Notes: a model not told the origin generated them from the letters alone. 64,000 nucleotides of DNA from Phyllobates terribilis (GCF_046119375.1 NW_027362768.1:185628001-185692000), one strand, 5' to 3'. Positions 27,358 to 39,134 are shown, counted from the first letter of the stretch. Translations and numbers: made by a program.

Positions 27358-29640
27358 TCTATATATATAATCGTCTTATCCCGTCTGTCTGTGTGTCTGT
27401 CTGTCCAGGAAATCCCGCGTCGCTCATTGGTCCGCCAGCGGCCAATCAGCACCGCGGGATTTCTGAAAAAAGATGGCGGCCGTTAGTGGCTCATTTGCGG
27501 GATGGAGCTCAGCGGCGATGCTGCCGGGAGATGTCCGGCGCGAGGCGCTCATCTCCCGGCCAGCAACAGCAGAAGGAACCCGACCGCCGGACCCATCTGC
27601 GGGACGGAGATGCAGCCGGGAGATGAGCAGCACGAGGCGCTCATCTCCCGGCCGGTAGCAGCCGAAGGACCGCCGGCTCCGCTGACCTCCATGCGGAAGA
27701 GAGGACCGGGGAGCGGCGCTGCGGGTCGGGATACTTCTGCTGCGAGCGCCCGCTATGTCCCGGGTTCTCGCAGCGTAAGTAGCCGCACAGGCAGCGCCGC
27801 TCCCCGGTCCTCACCAAGACGATTCGCTGATTGGTCGCGGTCTTCGGACCCGACCAATCACTGATCTTAGCGCAAAACTTAAACACCGCTGTGCTGATTG
27901 GTTGGCGACGCCGCCCCTCGACCAATCACCGATTTGGGCGCCACATTTAAATATCGGCCGCGACCAATCAGCACAGCAGTGTTTAAATGTGGAGCCGAGA
28001 TCGGTGATTGGTCGCGACCGATATTTAAATTTGGCGCCCAAATCGGTGATTGGTCGTGGTCAGCGTCCTCGACCAATCAGCACAGTAGTGTTTCACTTTG
28101 GCCGCAAGATCAGTGATTGGTCGCGGGCCAAGTCCGCGACCAATCAACGATTTGTGCAGCACATTTAAATACCGGCCGCGACCAATTGGATGTCAGCGCC
28201 GCTCCCCGGTCCTCCCTTCACGCCCTAGCCGCATGGATGTCAGTGGCGCTGCCTGTGCGGATACTTCTGCTGCGAGAACCCGGGACATGAGCGGGCGCTC
28301 GGAGCAGAAGTATCCCGACCCGCAGCGCCGCTCCCCGGTCCTCCCTTCACACCCTAGCCGCTGATGTCCCCACAGTATCCGCATGGTGTTACAAAGGTCC
28401 GGACATTTGTGTTAAAAATCGCTGATTGGTCGCTGGCGCTGCCCGCTACCAATCACCGATTTGGGCGCCAAATTTAAATATCGGCCGCAACCAATCAGAA
28501 CAGCGGTGTTTAAATGTGGACCCAAGATCGGTGATTGGTCGCGGCCGATATTTAAATTTGGCGCCCAAATCGGTGATTGGTAGCGGGCAGCGCCAGCGAC
28601 CAATCAGCGATTTTTAACACAAATGTCCGGACCTTTGTAATACCATGCGGATACTGTGGGGACATCAGCGGCTAGGGTGTGAAGGGAGGACCGGGGAGCG
28701 GCGCTGCGGGTCGGGATACTTCGGCTTCCAGCGCCCGCTCATGTCCCGGGTTCTCGCAGCGGAAGTACCCGCACAGGCAGCGCCGCTCCCCGGTCCTCAC
28801 TAATACGATTCCGCTCCCCGCTCCTCACCAATACGATTCACTGATTGGTCGCGTGCGGAGAGCGCGACCAATCAGTGATCTTGGCGCTAAAGTTAAACAC
28901 CGCTCTGCTGATTGGTCGCGGCCGCTGCCCGCGACCAATCAACGATTTGGGCGCCACATTTAAATAGCATCCGCGACCAATCACCGATCTTGCCGCCACA
29001 TTTAAACACTGCTGTGCTAATTGGTCGCGGACGCAAGCCGCAACCAATCAGCGAGCTTGGCGCCAAATTTAAACAACGCTCTGCTGATTGGACGCGTCCG
29101 GCATCCGCGACCAATCAGCGAGATTGGCGCCAAATTTAAACAACGCTCTGCTGATTGGTCGCGGACTCCAGCTGCGACCAATCAAAGAGATTGGCGCCAA
29201 ATTTAAACACCGCTCTGCTGATTGGTCGCGGCCGCCATCCGCGAGCAATCAGCGATTTTGGCGCCAAATTTAAACACCGCTCTGCATCGCTCTGCTGATT
29301 GGTCGCGCCCGCCGGCCGCGACCAATCAGCAGTATTGGCGCCAAATTTAAACACCGCTCTGCTGATTGGTCGCGACTAATCAGCGATTTTGTTGCCAAAT
29401 TTAAACACGCTCTCCAGTCCTCACTAACACGGCTCGCTGATTGGTCGCAGACGCCGCCCGCGACCAATCACCGATATTGCCGCCAAATGTAAACACCGCT
29501 TTGCTAATTGGTCACGGTTGCCGACCTCGACCAATCAGCAATTTTGGCGCAAAATTTAAACACAGCTCTGCTGATTGCACCCGGTCGGCCGCATACCTAT
29601 TCTAGAATACCCGATGCATTAGAATCTGGCCACCATCTAG
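27358..29640 (+). mobile_element. Non-autonomous Helitron, unit 1 (2.28 kb)
   Basis: A|TCTATATATATAATCG 5' end; 3' hairpin CCCGAT..ATCTGG then CCACCATCTAG; no TSD. Confidence 0.85.
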
Positions 29641-30290
29641 TCTATATATATAATCGTCTTATCCCGTCTGTCTGTCTTTCTGTCTCTCTGTCTGTCTGTC
29701 CAGGAAATCCCGCGTCGCTGATTGGTCCGGCCGCGGCCAATCAGCGACGCGGGATTTCAGAAAAAGATGGCGGCCGCTAGCGGCTCATCTGCCGGACGGA
29801 GGTCAGCGGCGATGCAGCAGGGAGATGACCGGCGCTAGCCGCTCATCTCCCCGCTGCTGGCAGCACAAGTACCCCAACAGGCGGCGCCGCTGACCTTCAT
29901 GCAGCTAACGTCGGGAGATCAGCGGCTTGGCCCGCTGATCTCTCGACAGCAAGTGTGAACGGAGGACCGGGGAGCGGCGCCGCCGGTCGGAATACTTCTG
30001 CTGCGAGCAGCCGCTCATCTCCCGGCTTCTCGCAGCGGAAGTAGCCGCACAAGCAGCGCCGCTCCCTGGTCCTCACTAATACGACGCTGATTGGTCGCGG
30101 CCTCCTGCCGCGAGCAATCAGTGATCTTGGCGCCAAATTTAAACAACGCTCTGCTGATTGGTCGCGGTCGCCGGCTGCAACCAATCAGCATTATTGGCGC
30201 CAAATTTAAACAACGCTCTGCTGATTGGTCGCGGTTGGCCGCATATATATTCTAGAATACCCGATGCGTTAGAATCGGGCCACCATCTAG
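29641..30290 (+). mobile_element. Non-autonomous Helitron, unit 2 (650 bp), head-to-tail with unit 1
   Basis: Same 5' TC end; perfect hairpin CCCGAT-GCGTTAGA-ATCGGG, then CTAG|T. Confidence 0.88.
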
Positions 30291-30804
30291 TTAATAACTA
30301 TAAATATACTGAAAAAAAAAAAAACGAATTGAAATTTTATTCGTGCTTTTTACAGACTCCCGGGCGGATGGAGTTTATCACATCTACTTTGCTTGAACCT
30401 ATAAATGTAGCAAATTTTCCGTACAATAATTAAAGATGCTGAGTGTTTGCTACATGGGAACACGTCCTAAGGGTTTTCTATGTGTAATCAGTCCGGCATT
30501 ATGGATTCTTCTTGTGGATTTGTTTCAGATTTGTCCCCATTGAGTTCAATGCCGGAGGTTGAAAATCCGCAGCAAACGTTTACACTGGGGGAAAAAAAAG
30601 TATTTTTTTCACAGTTTTTTTCAGTGTCTTTCTTCTTTCCTAGTTGTCTGCTGATCTCTATATGCACTCGGCCTCTTGCAGTGACAGCTCGTTCCATGTG
30701 ACCGCTGCAGCCAATCACTGACTGCCTCTACCTGGATCCCTAAAATAAGCTATTATCACAGCAAGACGTCCTCTTATTGCAGGCTACAGGGTCACAGTAC
30801 TCAC

Positions 30805-30856
30805 TCCGCCACTGGCGCCGTGTACGAGGACCACCTCCCCGGGTTTACCATGTGTC
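30805..30856 (-). pseudogene. cryz: cryz-B exon [17 protein letters not shown] (Rossmann motif)
   Basis: 52 nt, AG/GT boundaries. Confidence 0.9.
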
Positions 30857-30916
30857 CTGCATAACAAAAGAGAAAGATGTCTTAGATGCTTAATCAATAA
30901 AGACCGCGGCATCTAA

Positions 30917-31390
30917 GGCTATGTTCAGACACCTTGGTTTTTTCAGCGTTTTTTTATGCAAATTTTCAGCTGCGTTTTACAGTACGAGCAAAGGCTATGA
31001 GATTCCAGAAATCTCCTGCACACATCATGTTTTTTTTTTATTAGGATTTTGTGCTTTGAATGTTTTTTTGCAAAATAGAGCAAGTCACTTTTTTCAGCGT
31101 TTTTTTCACCCATTGGAAATAATGAGTGGTGAAAAAAAACACAGGTGTGAGGTTTTTCAGAGTTTTTTCAGCATTTTTTGTGCCAAAACCAGAATGAGAT
31201 TTTTTTTTTTTCACTTAACTTTATGTACATGCATAACAGAGACAAAAGAACAGTGAAAAAAAACGCTGAAAAAACGCACCAAAAAGACAAGCATAAAAGC
31301 AAGAAAAATCATGAACAACCTCCTGGCAAGAGATCAGGTTTTGCTGCAGAAAAAAAAACGCAGAAAAAAACAAGATGTGTGAACATAGCC
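30917..31390. mobile_element. PIF/Harbinger-like MITE
   Basis: TAA|GGCTATGTTCAGAC ... GTGTGAACATAGCC|TAA. Confidence 0.75.
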
Positions 31391-32354
31391 TAAGGGGCTT
31401 AGGGCTGGGTCGGCCACAATAGGAATCCTGTGGATTTTATATTGCCAGAATTAACGCAGTGCAATGCAGAAATAGTGCGGTGCATTATGCAAGCGATCAA
31501 AGGTCCGAGTCCAAGTCCACTGGTGGGATTAATAAATGTTGAAAATAAAATTTTAATCAAGTCTTATGACAAAAAAAGTCCAAAGTGGAAAAAAAAGTGT
31601 TACAAAACACCATAAAAAGAGAACAAAAAAACAAAAACCGATGAAACGGTATCACCACATTTGTAACATTGTAACAATCAAAATTTGTAATGATTGCATT
31701 AATTATCCCACACAGTGGACACCGGAAAATAAAAACTAAAAGAACCATTGTCGCATTTACCGTTATTGATTGTTCAACCGTATCCCACAGAAGTTTAGAA
31801 ATGAACTATTCGTCCCGCAAAAAAATCAACTTTGCGTCTGTGGCACTTCAAAGTTACAGTTTTTGAGGCGATGCAAACACAACAATTTTTTTTTATTGTG
31901 CAAAAGTAGCAAAACATAAAAAAAATTATAAATTTGCCATCGCTGCCTTTCTATCGACCCTTAGAATAAATGTATCATGTCATTTACTCCAAACAATGAA
32001 AACCCAAAACATACAATGACACATCTGCTCTTTTTATTTCATACCCCTCCTTCAAAAAAAATAAATTACTCTGTTAGATAAAATTGCAAAAATAAATAAA
32101 TACCCCCCCCCCTCCCCCCCCCAAAAAAAAAGACTTTAGAAATGTGACAATTAAAAAAAAAAATGCTTGGTCATTTGGGCTCTAAATAGACTGGTCATTA
32201 AGAGGTTAAATAAAACGTTAATATTCCGGGAGATGTTTATGTTATATGTGTCTGTATGTGGCCGCCCAGTGGTTGTTATGTGCATTGCAGCCTGTCCAGA
32301 GTGTCCTATCTACGCTGAGTGTGGCCGAGCCGTGCAGACACCTATGGCGCTTAC

Positions 32355-32518
32355 TTTTGGAATAGCGCCCTGTAGGCAGTGAAGTATGGAATAGCAATGG
32401 CCGCTCCTTGCTTGAAGTTCAACTGCTCGGGAAGTGGGTACACCGTATCTTCGAAGGCGATAGTGTACTCCGCATATCCTCCTGTGACTGTTCCGGTGGT
32501 GAACACGCGATTTCCTTT
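32355..32518 (-). pseudogene. cryz: cryz-B exon [18 protein letters not shown]...[13 protein letters not shown]
   Basis: 164 nt, AG/GT boundaries. Confidence 0.9.
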
Positions 32519-33331
32519 CTGTACAATGTTTAAAATAAAAAAATATACTAATAAGTTAAATTAAAAGAACATCCTGCACAAAACTGATACATTGTACATT
32601 ATGTGACCTGCTGTGCCTGGTTCTGAAGCTCAGTCCTATTCAAGCAAATGGCACAAAGCTGCAGAACCAGGCACAGCCAGAACAGTATGCCAAATGTAGC
32701 TGAAATAATTAAAGGGAAGCAATGCTCGTAGAAAGTGCTGATTGCCGGTGTTCTGGAGGTTATATTCATGGCTGGCATCCATTACTATTTCTTAAGTGGT
32801 ATCTTGAGGGACACTCTGGGAATAACCACCGGCAAAGGGACACAGCAGGGGTATTATTACTGGCTAGGAGGCAAAAAGAGGCACTATTATTTTCGAGAGC
32901 ACAAGCAGGGTGTATTATCACTTTCTAGTAGGTACTAAGGGGCACAATGGTGTTCACTCTTACCGCTCTTTGACACCTTTACTGCGTTGTGCACTATTAC
33001 TGTGCACTATTGAGGATTAGTATGTGGCACAGTTTATCACCATTACTTTTGAGGCATTATCGTTTTCAGGATTTTATCTGTTTGGCATTATATGTTGGGA
33101 AGTAATTACAGTAATGACATCACTATTTCTGAAGTATAATTTTTAGGGGCATATGGGTGCGAGAAACTGCAGACGAGTCGGTGCTGGGAGAAGTTGTCAT
33201 GGAGGTCTGGGTCAGAAGGAGAAGAAAGGAAACGCTAAATATTGCAATCTGCAGGACAGGACTCCAAATGGCCAAATGAATATAAAAAAATGGCAAAAAA
33301 AAAAAAAGAAATAAAAAAACACTTCAATTAC

Positions 33332-33484
33332 CTTAAATGCAGTCACCTTCCTGCCAACATCCACCACCAGCCCTGAAGTGTCAGACCCGGGCGTGTAGGG
33401 TAAGCTCGGCTTCCATTCAAAGCTGCCAGATCGGATATAGGTCTCCACTGGGTTAATTCCGCATGCATGCACTCGAATTAGAAC
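33332..33484 (-). pseudogene. cryz: cryz-B exon [51 protein letters not shown]
   Basis: 153 nt, AG/GT boundaries. Confidence 0.9.
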
Positions 33485-33862
33485 CTTCAATAAAAGAGAA
33501 AAAAAAAAAGATACAAAGCGAAAAGTTCGATCGATTGTTGCATTTTTGCCTTTTTCCTCTCCAGTTTTTGTTGTTTTTATGCCACGTTCTTCTTTTTTAA
33601 GGCTTTTCGGTGTGTTTTCCTGCTTTTTGCAGAACATTTTAATGGCCAAAAGAGCATTTTTTTGATTCTGCACAAAGTTCTTTAACTTGTGCCATTTTGA
33701 AGAGTTTGGCGCTAATTATGTCAATGAATGTGAAAAAAAAAAAAAAAGGCCTTAAAAAAAGAAAAAAAAGTCCTATATTTTTATCTCATGAGTGGACTGT
33801 TATTTTAAGCAATTCTCTACCATGCTCTAAACTGCAGCTTTGCTCTATGCAAACATGTGTAC

Positions 33863-33970
33863 CTGGTTTTCACCTGGTGAAGGCACTGGGACATCGGTAT
33901 GGAACTTCATAACCTCCGGTTTCCCAAACTCTGAGACCCGAATTGCTCACATGAACCTTGTGGAAGCCAT
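33863..33970 (-). pseudogene. cryz: cryz-B first coding exon [35 protein letters not shown]
   Basis: Acceptor 6 nt upstream of the ATG as in the intact copy; in-frame TGA at codon 8. Confidence 0.9.
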
Positions 33971-34504
33971 ACTGGTCTGAAAGACATAAATATATGTACT
34001 CACCTATAATGCAGGCGTCATCCACATCACGAGCACAGGGTATACAGCAGACCCCGACTATAAGCTGTGATGCCCCCTGGACTTTCTCATTATTGACAAA
34101 ATGTGCAAATGTCCCATAAACTGCACTCCAGACTCGAGAAGCTGTTAATGGCGCAAGATCTGATCCAAATCATGTGACGGGAAGATTCCAGAATGACAAT
34201 GTGTCACTGTATAATAACGTATCCTTAAAAAATGGAAGCGATCATCAGGGTATGTGACCTATTGTTTAAAATCAGGATTTGGTATTTAATATATTTTTAA
34301 ATATGTTTGGCAATATTATTTTTTTTTCAATATCACAATCCGTATTAAAAATAGAAAAATGAAATCTTGCAGTTTTCACATCGGCCACTAGGTCTTTTTT
34401 TTTCATTTCTAATGTCCGGTTGTTTCAGCAAATCCACATGTTCATTAACAGCAATGAAATGCTGACCCTATTGAAGCATCTGAGTGTGTGCAAAAGTCAT
34501 TGTG

Positions 34505-35910
34505 AAGGGAGGAGGAGGAGGTGAGCTGTGACATCACCTATTGTGAATGGTGGATCCTGTGTTATCTACTGTATATAGAGGTGTTATCAGTCATTTTACA
34601 GGAGGGGGAGGAGGTGAGCTGTGACATCACCTATTGTGAATGGTGGATCCTGTGTTATCTACTGTATATAGAGGTGTTATCAGTCATTGTACAGGAGGAG
34701 GAGGTGAGCTGTCACATCACCTATTGTGAATGAGGGATCCTGTTATCTACTGTGTATAGAGGCGTTATCAGTCATTGTACAGGAGGGGGAGGTGAGCTGT
34801 GACATCACCTATTGGGAATGGTGGATCCTGTGTTATCTACTGTATATAAAGGTGTTATCAGTGATTGTACAGGAGGAGGAGGAGGTGAGCTGTGACATCA
34901 CTTATTGTGAATGGTGGATCCTGTGTTATCTACTGTATATAGAGGTATTATCAGTCATTGTACAGGAGGAGGAGGAGGTGAGCTGTCACATCACCTATTG
35001 TGAATGAGGGATCCTGTTATCTACTGTGTATAGAGGCGTTATCAGTCATTGTACAGGAGGGGGAGGTGAGCTGTGACATCACCTATTGGGAATGGTGGAT
35101 CCTGTGTTATCTACTGTATATAAAGGTGTTATCAGTGATTGTACAGGAGGAGGAGGAGGTGAGCTGTGACATCACTTATTGTGAATGGTGGATCCTGTGT
35201 TATCTACTGTATATAGAGGTATTATCAGTCATTGTACAGGAGGAGGAGGAGGTGAGCTGTCACATCACCTATTGTGAATGAGGGATCCTGTTATCTACTG
35301 TATATAGAGGCGTTATCAGTCATTGTACAGGAGGAGGAGGAGGTGAGCTGTGACATCACTTATTGTGAATGGTGGATCCTGTGTTATCTACTGTATATAG
35401 AGGTATTATCAGTCATTGTACAGGAGGAGGAGGAGGTGAGCTGTCACATCACCTATTGTGAATGAGGGATCCTGTTATCTACTGTATATAGAGGTGTTAT
35501 CAGGCATTGTACAGGAAGAGGAGGTGAGCTGTGATATCACCTATTGTGAATGGTGAATCTTGTGTTATCTACTGTATATAGAGGTGTTATCAGTCATTGT
35601 ACAGGAGGGGGAGGAGGTGAGCTGTGACATCACCTATTATGAATGGTGGATCCTGTGTTATCTACTGTATATAGAGGTGTTATCAGTCATTGTACAAGAG
35701 GAGGAGGTGAGCTGTGACATCACCAATTGTGAATGGTGGATCCTGTGTTTTCTACTGTATATAGAGGTGTTATCAGTCATTGTACAGGAGGAGGAGGTGA
35801 GCTGTGACATCACCTATTGTGAATGGTGGCTCCTGTGTTATCTACTGTTTATAGAGGTGTTATCAGTCTTTGTACAGGAGGAGGAGGAGGTGAGCTGTGA
35901 CATCACCTAT
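34505..35910. repeat. About 90-93 bp tandem repeat, about 15 copies, with a 274-bp three-unit period
   Basis: GAGGAGGAGGTGAGCTGTGACATCACCTATTGTGAATGG...CATTGTACAG; near-identical ORFs at 34726, 35000 and 35274. Confidence 0.92.
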
Positions 35911-37404
35911 TATAATTAGTGGATCATGTTATCAGCCTTGTATAGAAGTGTTACCTGTCATTGTAATACTGACTAGAATGATAAGGAAACCGCTGAAAGG
36001 TCTACATGAAAGGACAGGAAGTAGGAGTCTACAAAAGTGTGAAAATTGCAAGTTTAATAATTTTTTTATATTAAAAAAAAAAAATTGGCAATTAAAAAAA
36101 ACATGTAACACAAAAATATGATCTAGGCAATTTTTTGGAGGATAGCTTACATTTGACTTTATTTTTTTTTAACTGCTCGATAGAAGACAAGCAGGGAAAC
36201 AATTAACATCAATAAAGCAAAATACAAATATAAATAAATAAATCCACATACATATAATGCAATCGGGAGTCCTCAGACCCTGGATAAGACGTGTCCTCAG
36301 CACGTCGGGGTTGCTGCACTTAGGCTCCGGCGCCTCTCAGTCCTGTATACCTGGCTCTTTGCCACCCTGCAAACAATGGCAAGTCCTGGGTAGGAGATGG
36401 CAGAGTGTTATGGACATCAGTCCTGCCTGTATACGATGGAGATCATTGTCCTACTCCGTGCAAACTTATATCTCACTACTAAGTCATGTGCGCTCTTCCC
36501 CAGTTCACAATTTGCCTTCTATATTCTCTGTGCTGCACGGTCCATTGCTGGCCGCAGAATGAGTTAACTGAGAATCCATCAGTGAGCTCATTCTAAAGTT
36601 CTAAAGAACAGTTTGTAACTTGCTTTTTTCTGAGCTCCTCTCAGAATTATGACCAGAGACCACATCACAGTTAAATAAGCAAAGAAACTAAGACAAATGG
36701 TGCAGAATTTCTAATGAAACCCAATTGCAAAAATGATGCGTAGCCCCAAATACAATCATTGACGTAGAAAAAAAATGTCTCCAAAGGTTGAGAACCCCTT
36801 TAAGTTTAGAGGTATGTACCTGGGATTAGGTGTTTCTCCACTGTATTTCTTTTCAGATGTCTTAAGAGGAAAAGAAAGTCCGGGCGCAGCTGTGTCTTAC
36901 CAACCTCCTCTCAAGACGACCATGGAGGAGACTTCTGTACTCACCGCTCTTCTCCACACGTTGCCCCTTCCCTCCAGTCTGAAGTGCGCTCCTTCTTACA
37001 CTGCGTCAATGGGGAACTTTCCAGGAGGCGAATTGTTCTACAAGGAAAAGGAAGGATCTCTGCAAATTCTTCTCTCCTGCCCCAGCTCATCCGACGGCCC
37101 AGAAGAAGTGTCCTCAGGTGACTTTGGTGATTTATTTCTCCTGTCACTGTCATTTTCTGTACTCACAATGAGTAGGTACTGATGTCAGTACAGCAAACAG
37201 ACTGGGAAGAGCCGGGCGGACGCTGCTTATGTGAATATATCCTTTACAGGAAAATGAAGACAAATTCCCTATTAAAGTGAACTGCAAAGTTTCATAACTT
37301 TCCGTGCCAGACAAATAAGTCTAGTGACTTATTCCTAATTTATCTTCTGCCTTTAGTAGGGAGTCAAGTGATTTAACCCATCGCATGCTCTGTATAGTAT
37401 AGCT

Positions 37405-37875
37405 GTTATGCTCTGTGTGTCCTGACACCTTTCTATCATAGCTGCGATGCTCGGTGTGTCCTGACACCTTTCTATCATAGCTGCGATGCTCTGCGTGTCC
37501 TGATACCTATCATAGCTGCGATGCTCTGCGTGTCCTGACACCTTTCTATCATAGCCGTGATGCTCTGCGTGTCCTGACACCTTTCTATCATAGCTGCCAT
37601 GCTCTGCGTGTCCTGACACCTTTCTATCATAGCCGTGATGCTCTGTGTGTCCTGACACCTTTCTACCATAGCTGGGATGCTCAGTGTGTCCTGACCCCTT
37701 TCTATCATAGCTGCGATGCTCTGCGTGTTCTGACACCTTTCTATCATAGCCGTGATGCTCTGCGTGTCCTGTCACCTTTCTATCATAGCTGCTCTGCGCC
37801 GACACCTTTCTATCACAGCTGCGATGCTCTGCGGATCCTGATTCCTTTCTATCATAGCTGCGATGCTCTGCATGT
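37405..37875. repeat. 39-bp minisatellite, about 12 copies
   Basis: CCTGACACCTTTCTATCATAGCTGCGATGCTCTGCGTGT. Confidence 0.9.
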
Positions 37876-39134
37876 TGTGATATTTTTTCCCATTAAATGT
37901 GTTATTAGACAAAAATCGTAAAAACATTTAATCTATGGTGCAGATTAATAATCCTTAGCGTTGAGTTCCCTTTTAAAGGAATAATGACAAATTCGTTTGC
38001 AGCAGCTTTCAGTTGAAAAGTTGCAATTTTTCGCCTTTTTTTCCAGAACTTTAGTTTTCACTCCTCTTATAAAACCTCCAGGTAAACTTTGGTGAAGATC
38101 TAGGTCAGCCTTAGATGTAGCCATCAGTTGACCGGCCTCAAGTGTCCACGGGAAACCGGATGGGCTCCATGCACAGGAACACCACCGTCCCCAGACGGCC
38201 ACTTGTCTGAGCAGTGGATACTGCACACACCTTTCCAGTGCTGCCTGCTACAGTGTAATCAACTCCCAGATTACTGACCGAAACATCTGGAATTTCTTTG
38301 AATAATAAAATATTTCAATCTATGTGAAGAAGAGATTGCCAAAACTTTCTTGTACTGTCCCCAGACTGACTCCGAGCACAGGATGACTGCTGTCCCAGCT
38401 CCAGCCTGGCCACCGCTGCGCGGCCCGGCTCCATGCTCAGCCTGGCCACCGCTGCGCAGCCCGGCTCCACGCCCAGCCTGGCCACCGCTGTCAGCACTCT
38501 TTGTGTGGTGTTTCTTTGGATGCTCAACATATCAGCAGCCATAATGGACATTTTTTTGGGGGGGCTGGATGAGTTGTACTTTGTGCAGCGAGTGGAAATT
38601 AGTTTTTTTTTTTCCTGAATGGTTTACAAATAATAATGAAATGCAAACAGGGAAATGGCTGAGCCAGTGCTTTTATTATTCCATTAATTCACATTTTATT
38701 CTGTGATAATCACTTTTTTTTATTCAGCAACACCAGGTACAACCAAGAGAAACTGTAGCAGCTAAAATATGAGGGGGACATAAAGTTCTTCTGCCCCTTC
38801 CATCAGCTGAATGATCTATTACAGACCGCGCTCTGCCCCAGTCTCAGAAAACTCCCCCTTAGCTGCCATAAAGGGGACCACCATAAGGATATCCCAAAGT
38901 GATGAGCTGCTCCAGATCATCAGGGCTGCAAAACAGACCTCCAGTGTAACCTAAAATTACACTAAGGCATCCCCAAAAGAGGAAAGTTTGCACAATTTTA
39001 AAACTGACTTTTTTAAGGTTTTTCTGTAACATGTACGATCCAGTGATGACGTGCCGAGTGCTTGTGAATCAGGCTTTATCTTCAAGAATCATAAGTGATC
39101 AGTGATCTATAATCACAGCCAATCAGAGAAGGGC

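Larger units (their letters stand above)
7698..33970 (-). pseudogene. cryz: Tandem CRYZ paralogue (cryz-B); 8 exons, 987 nt, single nonsense codon at codon 8
   Basis: Exons 33863-33970, 33332-33484, 32355-32518, 30805-30856, 26438-26587, 26201-26302, 12685-12780, 7698-7859; all GT-AG with the same phases as the intact copy; TGA at 33947-33949. Confidence 0.85.

Noticed and set aside
27800-30240. CRISPR-like look (conserved palindromic repeats with variable spacers)
   Set aside because: Spacers are only 8-10 nt and related to each other, no cas genes, eukaryotic intron, bounded by Helitron termini
33947-33949. Selenocysteine or programmed read-through of the cryz-B TGA
   Set aside because: The position is Arg in the paralogue and in human CRYZ, not Cys; no SECIS recognised; a CpG transition is simpler
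34457-34466. AT-extended half-MARE (AAATGCTGAC) upstream of cryz-B as a lens enhancer
   Set aside because: A short motif expected by chance; no adjacent Pax6 or Sox site that I can support
36240-38560. ORFs 36257-36562, 36775-37182 and 38315-38551 as an extra gene between the cryz copies
   Set aside because: No recognisable family, no consistent exon chain; probably decayed repeats, though a profile search is needed to be sure
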